Source of the DNA: an uncultured Bacillales bacterium
GTDB taxonomy: Bacteria; Bacillota_I; Bacilli_A; RFN20; CAG-288
Assembly: GCA_905211645.1 (NCBI GenBank)
Contig: CAJMBK010000008.1
Coordinates: 8,272 to 72,271, forward strand
DNA: 64,000 nucleotides
Direction of reading: 5' to 3'
In this document: piece after piece, positions 18,917 through 28,315 of the stretch
Position numbering within the stretch: position 1 is the first letter of the stretch
How the letters are laid out: every line of letters starts with the position of its first letter
Program-made: the position numbers and the translations under genes
Notes under the pieces: model-generated
Database searches by the model: none
The model's input: only the letters and a program-made list of their open reading frames with translations
What the model was told of the DNA's origin: nothing

Positions 18917-20200
18917 ATGGTTAAATTTACTACAGTAGGTAAAGCCTATGAAAAAATAAGTCTTGATTCAATCAAAGATAAGATTACTTCTGTCATGGAC
19001 ACAATCGAAAATAAATCCGGTGCAGGTAACGATTTCTTAGGTTGGTTGGACTACACATCAAAATTGGATAAAGCAGTCGTCAAAGATTTAGTTGAAACTG
19101 CTAAATACTTACGTTCTGAAGTTGATGTTTTAGTTGTCATCGGTATCGGTGGTTCTTATTTAGGAGCAAGAGCTGCAATCGATGCTATCAACGGTTTATA
19201 TTCCAAAGATAAGATGGAAATCATCTATTTAGGTAACACCTTATCAAGCAACTACACATACCAAGTTCTTGATTATCTTAAAGATAAGAAGTTTGCTATC
19301 AACGTTATTTCAAAATCCGGTACAACAACTGAACCAGCTATCGCATTCCGTTTATGCAAGGAACTTTTAATCGAAAAAGTTGGTAAAGAAAAGGCAAATA
19401 AACTCATCATCGCAACAACTGATAAGGCAAGAGGCGCTTTAAAGACTGAAGCTGATGCTGAAAACTATCATTCATTCATTATTCCTGATGATGTCGGTGG
19501 TAGATATTCTGTCATCACTCCTGTCGGTTTACTCCCAATGGCAGTTGCTGGTATCGATATTGAAGAATTCATCGATGGTATCATCGAAGGTGAAAAAGAA
19601 TATTCAGTTAAAGATATCGAAAAGAACCCTGCTTACAGATATGGTGCAACAAGATACTTACTTAACCAATTAGGTTATCCAAGTGAGATGTTTATCAGCT
19701 ATGAACCTCAAATGGCTATGATCAACGAATGGTTGAAACAACTCTTCGGTGAATCTGAAGGTAAGGAAGGCAAAGCATTACTTCCTACAAGCTGCACATT
19801 TACAACCGATTTGCACTCAATGGGTCAATTCATCCAACAAGGTAGCCCAGTTATCTTTGAAACAATCATCAAACCTCAAACAGTTAAGTATGATTTAACA
19901 ATCAAAGAAGAAAAGACTGACTTAGATGGTTTAAATTACCTCGCTGGTAAGAAACTTAGCTATGTTAACGATCAAGCATATCTTGGTACATTGAAAGCTC
20001 ACACTGAAGGTCAAGTTTCCGCAAATATTCTTGAAATCGAAGCCTTAGATGCTAAGAACTTAGGTAATTTGTTCTACTTCTTCATGAGAAGCTGTGCAAT
20101 GTCCGCTTACTTATTAGATATCAACCCATTCGATCAACCTGGCGTTGAAATCTACAAGAAGAATATGTTTACCCTCTTAGGTAAACCTTCTAAGAAATAA
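18917..20200 (+). CDS. pgi: glucose-6-phosphate isomerase
   Basis: GIGGSYLGARAAI and downstream PGI signatures, 427 aa Firmicute-type. Confidence 0.9.
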   Translation: MVKFTTVGKAYEKISLDSIKDKITSVMDTIENKSGAGNDFLGWLDYTSKLDKAVVKDLVETAKYLRSEVDVLVVIGIGGSYLGARAAIDAINGLYSKDKMEIIYLGNTLSSNYTYQVLDYLKDKKFAINVISKSGTTTEPAIAFRLCKELLIEKVGKEKANKLIIATTDKARGALKTEADAENYHSFIIPDDVGGRYSVITPVGLLPMAVAGIDIEEFIDGIIEGEKEYSVKDIEKNPAYRYGATRYLLNQLGYPSEMFISYEPQMAMINEWLKQLFGESEGKEGKALLPTSCTFTTDLHSMGQFIQQGSPVIFETIIKPQTVKYDLTIKEEKTDLDGLNYLAGKKLSYVNDQAYLGTLKAHTEGQVSANILEIEALDAKNLGNLFYFFMRSCAMSAYLLDINPFDQPGVEIYKKNMFTLLGKPSKK

Positions 20201-20234
20201 TAAATAAACTTAAAATTAAATATTGTAACTACAA

Positions 20235-20264
20235 TATAGCACCGTGACGGTGCTATATTTTTGT
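20235..20264 (+). terminator. intrinsic terminator after pgi
   Basis: atagcacc/ggtgctat stem with T-run. Confidence 0.5.
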
Positions 20265-20439
20265 TATTAGCAATTTTAAATGTAGATATTTAAAATGTTA
20301 CTGAGTTATTTTGATGAAGTTCATATTTTTCAGAATTAATATTTAATAATAAATAATAACCAATTTTTGTATTTATAAATCCATTGAACAGAACGCAGAA
20401 AATTTTTTGCATTTTTTCCTTAAAAAACTTATTAAATTA

Positions 20440-20468
20440 TTGACAGTCAAACTTAAATTTTATATCAT
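20440..20468 (+). promoter_or_regulatory. candidate promoter for tRNA cluster (TTGACA-17-TATCAT)
   Basis: TTGACA 20440-45, TATCAT 20463-68, ~20 nt before tRNA-Val. Confidence 0.4.
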
Positions 20469-20487
20469 AAATAAGCATTGATTTTTC

Positions 20488-20563
20488 GGATGTTTAGCTC
20501 AGCTGGGAGAGCATCACCTTTACACGGTGGGGGTCGGGAGTTCGATCCTCTCAACATCCACCA
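20488..20563 (+). tRNA. tRNA-Val (anticodon TAC)
   Basis: Cloverleaf by eye: acceptor ggatgtt/aacatcc, anticodon loop ttTACac, TTCGATC T-loop, encoded CCA. Confidence 0.85.
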
Positions 20564-20607
20564 TTTAAGAAAATCAGTTGCTATTCCAGAGTAAATTAAA
20601 TATATTT

Positions 20608-20691
20608 GGGTGAGTAGCGAAGAGGCTAAACGCGGCAGACTGTAAATCTGTTCCTTCGGGTTCAGTGGTTCGAATCCACTCTCGCCCACCA
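20608..20691 (+). tRNA. tRNA-Tyr (anticodon GTA), long variable arm
   Basis: gactGTAaatc anticodon loop, long variable arm, TTCGAATCC T-loop, CCA encoded. Confidence 0.8.
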
Positions 20692-20700
20692 TCTTACTAT

Positions 20701-20775
20701 TGGGGTATAGCCAAGTGGTAAGGCAGTAGACTTTGACTCTATTATGCCCTGGTTCGAATCCAGGTACCCCAGCCA
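20701..20775 (+). tRNA. tRNA-Gln (anticodon TTG)
   Basis: Near-identical architecture to E. coli tRNA-Gln (U1-A72, ...GGTACCCCAGCCA 3' end), anticodon loop ctTTGac. Confidence 0.85.
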
Positions 20776-20785
20776 ATTAATATTT

Positions 20786-20861
20786 GACTCGCTAGCTCAG
20801 TCGGTAGAGCATTTGACTTTTAATCAAAGGGTCAGCAGTTCGAGCCTGCTGCGAGTCACCA
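20786..20861 (+). tRNA. tRNA-Lys (anticodon TTT)
   Basis: acceptor gactcgc/gcgagtc, anticodon loop ctTTTaa, TTCGAGC T-loop, CCA encoded. Confidence 0.85.
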
Positions 20862-20868
20862 TGTCTGT

Positions 20869-20953
20869 GCCCAGGTGGCGAAATTGGTAGACGCACAGGA
20901 CTTAAAATCCTGCGGACGAATAATCCATGCGGGTTCGATTCCCGCCCCGGGCA
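20869..20953 (+). tRNA. tRNA-Leu (anticodon TAA), long variable arm, no encoded CCA
   Basis: D-arm tggcgaaattggtagacgc and anticodon arm caggaCTTAAAAtcctg match B. subtilis tRNA-Leu(UAA); one apparent A5-C68 mismatch in acceptor stem. Confidence 0.7.
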
Positions 20954-20968
20954 TTTCCTTAAAACTTC

Positions 20969-20991
20969 ACACCTCGAAAGAGGTGTTTTTT
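20969..20991. terminator. bidirectional intrinsic terminator (tRNA cluster / ABC-F gene)
   Basis: acacctc-gaaa-gaggtgt stem flanked by aaaa and tttttt. Confidence 0.6.
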
Positions 20992-21050
20992 CATGTCAAA
21001 ATATATTTATCCAAAAAGAAAATGCTACTTGGAATAATCCAAATAGCAAA

Positions 21051-22964
21051 TTAATTCATTATTTCGTAAAGTTGAGAATATAAATCTTCAAGTTGGGATT
21101 GAATGTCAGCCATATCTTTATTTAAGGCATCCATCTTTTCAGGAGAAGAATAATATTCTTCATTGAAGAAGAGTTTTTTCAACTCATCTAACTTAGCTTC
21201 TAATTTATCAATTTTGGCAACTAGCTTTTCTGCCGTGTAATTAACTTTACGGATAATCTTATCTTCAGAAACATGCTTTTGAGTGTTCTTTTCAACCTTT
21301 TTCTCTTCGACTTTTTCTGCTTTAGCTTCCTTTTCTTTTCTATCGATAATCTTACTTAATTCATAGTCTTTAAACTCTTGATAAGCACCTTCGTAATAAT
21401 AAGCGTCACCTTGATAGAAATATAGAATCTTATTGGAAACTTTATCGATAAAGTCTCTATCGTGGCTAACAATAATAAGTGTTCCATTGTAAGAATTTAA
21501 GCTATCTGCTAATTCTTCTTTAGAGAACATATCCAAGTGGTTTGTAGGTTCATCTAAGATGAGTAAATCATAATCTCTAACAGATAATTCAGCAAGGATT
21601 AAACGCATTTGTTCACCACCAGAAAGATTATCAACAAACTTTTCATTAGCGTCTGTGTAAGAGAAATTATATTTACCTAATAAGTTGTAGATATCTTGAT
21701 TATCCATTCTTGGGAACTTATCGGCAAAATAATTAAATAAGGTTTCATGTGTGGAGTCATTGATGAAATTCTGCTCAAGATAACCGATATTTAAGTTAGT
21801 TTTCTCAATAATTTCACCAGCAAGAGGATTTAATTTCTTCAAGATAGTTTTAATAAAAGTTGTCTTACCACTTCCATTTGTCCCCATGACAGTTAAATGG
21901 TCACGACCGTACAAAGTGAAATTAATATTTGAAATTAAAACTTTCTTATCATCAGGATAACCGATTGCTAAATCTTTAAAATCAACTAAAGTCTTATTCT
22001 CTCTAGTATTACCTTTAAAATCCATGTGAACACGATTTTTAGCAACTTGAGGTTTATCAATTGCTACTTTTTCTAATCTTGCAAGTTTCTTTTCTCTATC
22101 ATGTGCACGAGAAACGAATCTTGGTTTAGGCATGTAGAACTCAATGAATTTTCTAAGTTTCTCCATCTCTTTTTGTTGAGACTTATAAAGTTCCATCTTT
22201 TGCTCGTATCTAAGAATTTTTTCCTTGGAATAGTAGTCGTATTTACCATTATAAATCTCTAATTGTTCATTCTCGATTTCAAAGATTCTATTGCACACAC
22301 CTTTGATGAAAGATTTATCGTGGCTAACCATGATTAAGGCTCCTGAATAACTCTTTAAATAGTTTTCAAGCCATTCGATAGTGACGATATCAAGGTTATT
22401 TGTAGGTTCGTCCAAAAGAAGTAAGTTTGGTTTAAGTAAAAGTAACTTAGCAAAAGCCATTCTTGTTTTCTCACCACCTGAGAAAGTAGAGATTTTTCTA
22501 TCGTACATAGTTTTATTAAAACCAAACATATTCAAAATATAGTCAATTTGATACTTGTAGTTGTATCCATCACTATTTAAAAATTCAGTTTCTTTCTTAG
22601 AATACTTTTCAATTAAAGCTTCATCTTCAGGATTTAAAGAAATCTGTTCTGCTAAATCATTCAACTCTTTTTCCTTTTGAATAAGGTTAGCAAAAACATC
22701 GATTGCCTCTTCATAAAGAGTGTTATTTTCATCTTTAATAACCTCTTGAGAAAGGTAACCGATTGTGACGTTATTTGAAAAAGAAATTAAACCTGAACTA
22801 GGCTCAACCATCTTGTTAATAATCTTCAAAATAGTTGATTTACCAGTTCCATTATTTCCAATTAATGCAATTTTATCATCGTCACTAACTGTAAATGTTG
22901 CAGGATTAAAAATCTTTTTTCCGTTATATTCTTTAACTAAATTCTGTACAGATAAAACAATCAT
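21051..22964 (-). CDS. ABC-F family ATPase (two ABC domains, C-terminal coiled coil; Uup-like)
   Basis: Two Walker A (GNNGTGKST, GTNGSGKTT), two LSGGE signatures, no TM domain, 637 aa. Confidence 0.85.
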   Translation of the reverse strand: MIVLSVQNLVKEYNGKKIFNPATFTVSDDDKIALIGNNGTGKSTILKIINKMVEPSSGLISFSNNVTIGYLSQEVIKDENNTLYEEAIDVFANLIQKEKELNDLAEQISLNPEDEALIEKYSKKETEFLNSDGYNYKYQIDYILNMFGFNKTMYDRKISTFSGGEKTRMAFAKLLLLKPNLLLLDEPTNNLDIVTIEWLENYLKSYSGALIMVSHDKSFIKGVCNRIFEIENEQLEIYNGKYDYYSKEKILRYEQKMELYKSQQKEMEKLRKFIEFYMPKPRFVSRAHDREKKLARLEKVAIDKPQVAKNRVHMDFKGNTRENKTLVDFKDLAIGYPDDKKVLISNINFTLYGRDHLTVMGTNGSGKTTFIKTILKKLNPLAGEIIEKTNLNIGYLEQNFINDSTHETLFNYFADKFPRMDNQDIYNLLGKYNFSYTDANEKFVDNLSGGEQMRLILAELSVRDYDLLILDEPTNHLDMFSKEELADSLNSYNGTLIIVSHDRDFIDKVSNKILYFYQGDAYYYEGAYQEFKDYELSKIIDRKEKEAKAEKVEEKKVEKNTQKHVSEDKIIRKVNYTAEKLVAKIDKLEAKLDELKKLFFNEEYYSSPEKMDALNKDMADIQSQLEDLYSQLYEIMN

Positions 22965-22982
22965 AATAAATACCGTTTGATA

Positions 22983-22991
22983 TTATAACAA
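22983..22991 (-). promoter_or_regulatory. extended -10 promoter element (TGtTATAAT) upstream of ABC-F gene
   Basis: minus-strand TGTTATAAT ~20 nt upstream of start codon. Confidence 0.35.
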
Positions 22992-23054
22992 AAGAAAAAA
23001 TGACACCTAGCGCCTAGATGCCATTGTAGTTACGATAATTGGATTTAAAAACTA

Positions 23055-23807
23055 TTATTTCTTAGCTTTACCTTGGTTAGCAACTGATTGCATCTTAGCA
23101 GCAATTGCTTCTTGGTCACCGATGTATTCTTCCTTGACGATATTGAAGTTATCATCGAAGTGGAAAACAAGTGGGACACCAGTAGGAATATTAACGTTGA
23201 TGATTTCTTCATCAGTTAAATTCTTAAGATGTTTGTATAAAGCTCTTAAAGAGTTACCGTGTGCAGTAACTAAGACTGTCTTACCTTTTTCAAGTTCAGG
23301 TTTGATGACGTTTTCATAGTAAGGAACTGCTCTTGCAACTGTATCCTTTAATGATTCAGTTAATGGTAAATGTTCAGGAGCAACGTGAGCATATGCTCTT
23401 TGTTTTGCAGGATTTCTATCATCTGTTGGTTCAAGTTTTGGAGGTTGAACATCATAGGATCTTCTCCAGACTTTAACTTGAGCTTCACCATACTTTTCTG
23501 CAGTTTCAGCTTTATTTAAGCCTTGTAAAGCACCGTAATGTCTTTCGTTTAATTCCCAAGCTTTGATAACAGGGAGATATTCTTCATCTAAGGATTCCAA
23601 ACAAAGATTCAATGTGTGAATTGCTCTCTTTAAATAAGAAGTGAAGCAGATATCAAATTCATAGCCTCTCTTTTTCAATTCAACACCAGCTTGTGCTGCT
23701 TCCTTTTTACCGGTTTCAGATAAATCTACATCTGTCCAACCAGTGAAAAGATTTTCTTTGTTCCAAACGCTCTCACCATGACGTAAAAGAACCAAAATTT
23801 TTTCCAT
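23055..23807 (-). CDS. gpmA: 2,3-bisphosphoglycerate-dependent phosphoglycerate mutase
   Basis: [12 protein letters not shown] phosphohistidine motif; start set at MEKILVLL with aaaggaaa RBS. Confidence 0.85.
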   Translation of the reverse strand: MEKILVLLRHGESVWNKENLFTGWTDVDLSETGKKEAAQAGVELKKRGYEFDICFTSYLKRAIHTLNLCLESLDEEYLPVIKAWELNERHYGALQGLNKAETAEKYGEAQVKVWRRSYDVQPPKLEPTDDRNPAKQRAYAHVAPEHLPLTESLKDTVARAVPYYENVIKPELEKGKTVLVTAHGNSLRALYKHLKNLTDEEIINVNIPTGVPLVFHFDDNFNIVKEEYIGDQEAIAAKMQSVANQGKAKK

Positions 23808-23897
23808 ATTAAATTTCCTTTCGTTTTTGGCAACTAGCCATAAATTCACTTATATTTTAAATTGTTTTTATACCTTATTCAAAAGATATATAAAGTT

Positions 23898-25001
23898 TTA
23901 ATCCAATAATTCATGAACAAGTTTCAAACTAGCCAAAATTGTCTTATCCATGTCGTAATATTTGTATTGACCAAGTCTACCACCAAAGTAAACATGCTCG
24001 TCATTTTCGGCTAATTCAAGATACTTGTTATAGAGATTTTGATTAGATTTATCATTAACTGGATAGTAAGGTTCATCACCTTTTGCCCAAGGTTTTGGAT
24101 ATTCTCTTGTAATAACAGTTTTATCTGAAATTGCATTTTCAAAGAACTTATGTTCGATAGTTCTTGTGTATGGAGTTTCAAATTCAGTATTGTTGATAAC
24201 AGCATTACCTTGATAGTTTTCCATCTCTAAAACTTCAGTATCAAATGACAAACTACGATATTCAAGAGCACCATAGCAGTAATCATAATACTCATCAATA
24301 CAACCTGTAAAGATGATTTTATCAGCGACATTCATCCATCTTTCTCTGTTATCGAAGAAATTGTTTCCTAATAAAACATCAACATTTTCGAGCAACTTTT
24401 CAAAGATTTTATTGTAGCCACCAATTGGAATACCTTGGTAGATATCATTAAAGTAATTATTATCAAATGTGTATCTAATAGGTAAACGTTTGATGATGAA
24501 ACTAGGTAAATCCTTACAATCTTTACCCCATTGTTTCTCGGTGTAACCTTTAACTAAGGTTTCATAAACTGTTCTACCAACTAAGGACAAAGCTTGCTCT
24601 TCAAGATTATGAATCTCTTTGATATTTTCCTTTTGGATTTCTCTGGTAATAATTTGCTTAGCAAGAGCAGGTTCAATAACACCGAAAAGTTCATAGAAAG
24701 TATTCATATTAAAAGGCATGGAGTAAAGTTTGCCTTTGTAGTATGCTTTAGGACAATTTGTAAATCTGTTGAGTGTGCAAAATTGGGTGATGTAGTCATA
24801 AACTTCCTTGTTGGAAGTGTGGAAAATATGGGCACCATATTTATGGACATTGATACCACAGATTTCTTCTGTGGCACAATTACCACCAATATGTTGTCTT
24901 TTATCTATAACTAAACATCTTTTTCCACGTTTTGTTGCTTCATGAGCAAAAACAGCACCGAATAATCCTGCACCAACAATCAAATAGTCATATTCTTTCA
25001 T
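23898..25001 (-). CDS. glf: UDP-galactopyranose mutase
   Basis: N-terminal FAD Rossmann YDYLIVGAGLFGAVFA, 367 aa UGM architecture. Confidence 0.85.
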   Translation of the reverse strand: MKEYDYLIVGAGLFGAVFAHEATKRGKRCLVIDKRQHIGGNCATEEICGINVHKYGAHIFHTSNKEVYDYITQFCTLNRFTNCPKAYYKGKLYSMPFNMNTFYELFGVIEPALAKQIITREIQKENIKEIHNLEEQALSLVGRTVYETLVKGYTEKQWGKDCKDLPSFIIKRLPIRYTFDNNYFNDIYQGIPIGGYNKIFEKLLENVDVLLGNNFFDNRERWMNVADKIIFTGCIDEYYDYCYGALEYRSLSFDTEVLEMENYQGNAVINNTEFETPYTRTIEHKFFENAISDKTVITREYPKPWAKGDEPYYPVNDKSNQNLYNKYLELAENDEHVYFGGRLGQYKYYDMDKTILASLKLVHELLD

Positions 25002-25003
25002 TT

Positions 25004-26317
25004 TTATAAATCTTCCTTACTGATTTCACATGCGATTAATGGTCCAAAATCGACTTTTTCATCAGTGATAACGAATGCGTTCTTCAAACGTTCGACAACT
25101 TCCATGTAGTCATCATGTTCTGTGTAAAGTGTGCATAAAAGTTCACCTTTAGAAACTTTGTTTGAAACCTTCTTATTCAAAACGATACCACTTGCCATAT
25201 CGATTGGATCATCCTTTTCTCTTCTACCGGCACCTAAGATCATTGAGATAGTACCGATTTCTAAAGCTTTAACTTCCTTGATGTAACCATCTTTATCAGA
25301 GTAAATTTGATAAGTATGTTTAGCTTTAGGGAATTTTTCTGTATCTAAGATGTAGGAGATATCACCGCCTTGCTCTTTGACAAAGTTGACAAAGACTTCG
25401 AAGGCTCTACCATTTTTAATATTTTCTTCCAACATCTTTCTTGCTTCTTCAGGAGTCTTAGCAAGTTTTGCTTGGCAAACCATTGTTGAAGCAGAATGTA
25501 AGCAGATTTCAGTTAAATCTTCTGGACCATAACCTTTTAAGGTATTGATTGCTTCAATAACTTCCAAAGCATTACCAACAGCCATACCTAAAGGTTCATT
25601 CATATTTGTAATTTCTGCTCTAGTATCTTTACCAAATGAAACACCGATTTCAACTAAGACCTTAGCAAGTTTAACTGCGTCTTCAACAGTTTTCATGAAG
25701 GCACCTTCACCGTATTTGACATCCAAAAGGATGGAGTCAGAACCGGATGCTAATTTCTTAGACATGATAGAACTTGCGATAAGTGGAATTGAATCAACAG
25801 TTGCAGTGACATCTCTTAAAGCGTAAAGCTTTTTATCTGCGATGACGAGGTTGTTATTTTGAGCGATGATTGACATACCAACTTTATTAACTGCATCTTT
25901 AAATTCTTTATCAGTTAATGCAATTCTAAAACCTGGAATAGATTCGAGTTTATCAAGAGTACCACCAGTATGACCTAAGCCACGACCGGACATCTTTGCT
26001 AACTTGCAGCCAACTGAAGCAACAAGTGGTCCAATAACTAAGCTGGTTTTATCACCGACACCACCAGTGGAGTGTTTATCAACTTTAACACCTGCGATTG
26101 AGGAGAGATCAACAATCTCACCTGAATGTAACATAGCATCTGTTAAAGAGAAAATTTCCTTCTTTGTCATGCCGTTAAAAACGATGGTCATCAAAAAAGC
26201 GGATGCTTGGTAATCTGGAATGATACCTTTGGAGTAATTTTCGATAAAGAAACGAATTTCTTCATCTGTCAATTCTCCTTTTTCCCTCTTTTTAAGAATT
26301 ATATCAACCATTCTCAT
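25004..26317 (-). CDS. pdp: pyrimidine-nucleoside (thymidine) phosphorylase
   Basis: 437 aa; DKHSTGGVGDKTSL glycosyl-transferase family 3 motif. Confidence 0.85.
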   Translation of the reverse strand: MRMVDIILKKREKGELTDEEIRFFIENYSKGIIPDYQASAFLMTIVFNGMTKKEIFSLTDAMLHSGEIVDLSSIAGVKVDKHSTGGVGDKTSLVIGPLVASVGCKLAKMSGRGLGHTGGTLDKLESIPGFRIALTDKEFKDAVNKVGMSIIAQNNNLVIADKKLYALRDVTATVDSIPLIASSIMSKKLASGSDSILLDVKYGEGAFMKTVEDAVKLAKVLVEIGVSFGKDTRAEITNMNEPLGMAVGNALEVIEAINTLKGYGPEDLTEICLHSASTMVCQAKLAKTPEEARKMLEENIKNGRAFEVFVNFVKEQGGDISYILDTEKFPKAKHTYQIYSDKDGYIKEVKALEIGTISMILGAGRREKDDPIDMASGIVLNKKVSNKVSKGELLCTLYTEHDDYMEVVERLKNAFVITDEKVDFGPLIACEISKEDL

Positions 26318-26382
26318 AATTAAAAATCCTCCGTTAATTTTTAAAAATTATAGCATTAAAGGGGTTTTTTCTCTTTTAATAC

Positions 26383-26415
26383 AAAAACAGCTACACCAAA
26401 AAGATGTAGCAGCTA
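26383..26415 (-). terminator. weak intrinsic terminator after hypothetical gene 26468-26968
   Basis: gctaca/tgtagc 6-bp stem + T-run on minus strand. Confidence 0.35.
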
Positions 26416-26467
26416 TTTAATTCGATAATTTTAAAATGAAATTTACAATCTAAGAATAATGTTTAAA

Positions 26468-26968
26468 TTATTCGATGGAGATTGTTAACCAACGGTCGTT
26501 GATGTTACCGTTAGCATTGTCATAAATTCTGACGTAGATGGTGTGCTTCTTGCTGTCACCGATGTATCTGAGTTCGCTCTTAGGATTGATGTAAACATAT
26601 AAAGCATCATTCATATCACTTGGAACGATGAGTGCGTTATCGACATCAAATGCCTTCATAGCATTACCGATTAAGCAGAAACCGTGATTGGTGTTCTCAT
26701 GAACAGGTAATTCTCTACCATCTTTGTGTAAGAATCTGATCTTTGCATGAGGTGTGATCTTACCAGTCCAATAGTATTCTTCAACATTGTACAAATGTGA
26801 TAATTGAATCTTGAATTGGTGTGCAGAATCTCTCATTGAATCATTGATTTCAATGAATAAATCTTGATCACCTTCGAATGCAGGTTTTGTTGCTCTCTTA
26901 CGAGTAGCTGGTTTCTTAACTGTTTCAACTTCAGCACTAGCACTTTTTACTGTTTTTCTTGTTGCCAT
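26468..26968 (-). CDS. hypothetical protein with Lys/Arg/Thr-rich N-terminal tail
   Basis: 166 aa; MATRKTVKSASAEVETVKKPATRKRATKP... then globular domain, no family recognised. Confidence 0.5.
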   Translation of the reverse strand: MATRKTVKSASAEVETVKKPATRKRATKPAFEGDQDLFIEINDSMRDSAHQFKIQLSHLYNVEEYYWTGKITPHAKIRFLHKDGRELPVHENTNHGFCLIGNAMKAFDVDNALIVPSDMNDALYVYINPKSELRYIGDSKKHTIYVRIYDNANGNINDRWLTISIE

Positions 26969-26996
26969 AAATTTTGTCTCCTTTTAAAAAGAATTA

Positions 26997-27017
26997 GTAA
27001 TACAACCTTTGTATTAC
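26997..27017. promoter_or_regulatory. perfect 9-bp inverted repeat in 5' UTR/promoter of gene 26468-26968
   Basis: gtaatacaa-cct-ttgtattac; on minus strand lies between TTGTTT-17-TATAAT promoter and RBS. Confidence 0.3.
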
Positions 27018-27149
27018 GGAAATATTATAGACTATTGAAAAGAAAAAACAAGAAAAGTATATATATTAATGAAAAATAAAACGGTATCAAAAATATAACT
27101 ATTAACCTTTTGTGTTAAGAAAAATGTCAGAATCACTTTCTGAAATTTT

Positions 27150-27181
27150 CCTGTTTCATTTCAACTTTCAGTATGATAAAA
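27150..27181 (+). promoter_or_regulatory. candidate extended -10 promoter (TGaTAAAAT) of rplM-rpsI operon
   Basis: TGATAAAAT ending 27181; followed by ~125-nt leader. Confidence 0.3.
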
Positions 27182-27310
27182 TTTATAAGCACGTTTCTGA
27201 TATTTTTTTATTACATCCAACTGAAAAAATATTGTGCGTTATGAATACCCTTAACCCGGTAAGAAGAGGCTTGTTCATAAGATATTATTTCGATAAAGAG
27301 AGGATATAAA

Positions 27311-27778
27311 ATGGAACATCAAACTTCAGTTCTTACAAAAGAACAAACATGTGCTAGTTCAAAGAAGTGGTATGTGGTTGATGCCGCTGATAAACCTTTA
27401 GGTAGATTAGCAAGTGAAGTTGCTAAGATCTTAATGGGTAAGAATAAACCAACCTATACACCTAATGTTGATTGTGGTGATTTCGTTATCGTTGTAAATT
27501 GTGAAAAAGTTCACCTTTCCGGTAATAATAAGCTCACACAAAAGACATACTACAACGTTTCTGGTTACACTGGTGGTATGAGAAAGAGAACCGCAAAGGT
27601 CATGCTCAAGGACTATCCAGAAGAAATGTTCACAAGAGTCATCCACGGCATGCTTCCTAAAGGCAGATTAGGTCGTAAGATGATCAAAAAATTATTCGTT
27701 TACAAAGGTAGTGAACATAAACAACAAGCTCAAAACCCAGAAGTTATTGAGTTAGTTGCTAAAGTTGAGGAGGAGTAA
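27311..27778 (+). CDS. rplM: 50S ribosomal protein L13
   Basis: [18 protein letters not shown]... canonical L13. Confidence 0.9.
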   Translation: MEHQTSVLTKEQTCASSKKWYVVDAADKPLGRLASEVAKILMGKNKPTYTPNVDCGDFVIVVNCEKVHLSGNNKLTQKTYYNVSGYTGGMRKRTAKVMLKDYPEEMFTRVIHGMLPKGRLGRKMIKKLFVYKGSEHKQQAQNPEVIELVAKVEEE

Positions 27779-27784
27779 TCAATA

Positions 27785-28180
27785 ATGGCAAAAGAATTAA
27801 GATATTACGCAACTGGTCGTAGAAAATCTTCCGTCGCAAGAGTTTACCTTACAAAGGGTACAGGTAAAGTTACAGTCAACAAAGTTGATGCAAAAGAATT
27901 CTTCCCTCATGAAGTTCAAGTCTTAGACTTAACTCAACCATTCAAAGTTACAGCAACCGAAAATCAATACGATGTTATGGCATTCACAAATGGTGGCGGT
28001 TATTCCGGTCAAACAGGTGCTTTAAGATTAGGTATTGCACGTTGCTTAGCTCAAATCAGTGATGACTATAAGGCTTTATTAAAGGCTAACAGCTTACTCA
28101 CAGTTGACTCACGTCAAGTTGAACGTAAGAAATACGGTCTCAAGAAAGCTCGTAAGGATTCACAATTCTCCAAACGTTAA
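27785..28180 (+). CDS. rpsI: 30S ribosomal protein S9
   Basis: YYATGRRKSSVARVYL... ending ...SKR. Confidence 0.9.
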   Translation: MAKELRYYATGRRKSSVARVYLTKGTGKVTVNKVDAKEFFPHEVQVLDLTQPFKVTATENQYDVMAFTNGGGYSGQTGALRLGIARCLAQISDDYKALLKANSLLTVDSRQVERKKYGLKKARKDSQFSKR

Positions 28181-28216
28181 TCTTTATTACAAGATTACAG
28201 ATTACTTCAAAAATTC

Positions 28217-28248
28217 ACCACTCAGATTGTTCTGGGTGGTTTTATTTT
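28217..28248 (+). terminator. intrinsic terminator of rplM-rpsI
   Basis: accactcag/ctgggtggt 9-bp stem + tttatttt. Confidence 0.55.
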
Positions 28249-28283
28249 GCAATTTTATATATTAGAAACTATTTTTCTGCAAC

Positions 28284-28307
28284 AAAAAACCGGGCGGTTA
28301 AGCCCGG
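28284..28307 (-). terminator. intrinsic terminator after spx
   Basis: ccgggc-ggttaa-gcccgg with T-run on minus strand. Confidence 0.5.
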
Positions 28308-28315
28308 ATAACACT

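Noticed and set aside
20465-20776. 103-aa ORF on minus strand
   Set aside because: Lies entirely antisense across the tRNA-Val/Tyr/Gln cluster; artefact of tRNA sequence.
20869-20953. Apparent acceptor-stem mismatches in tRNA-Leu (A5-C68) and tRNA-Thr(CGT) at 36487-36559 (U6-U67)
   Set aside because: Could be real non-canonical pairs or my hand-folding; does not change identity calls; needs tRNAscan-SE.
27112-27309. 65-aa ORF upstream of rplM
   Set aside because: Sits in the rplM leader between its promoter and RBS; no RBS of its own; more likely leader RNA.
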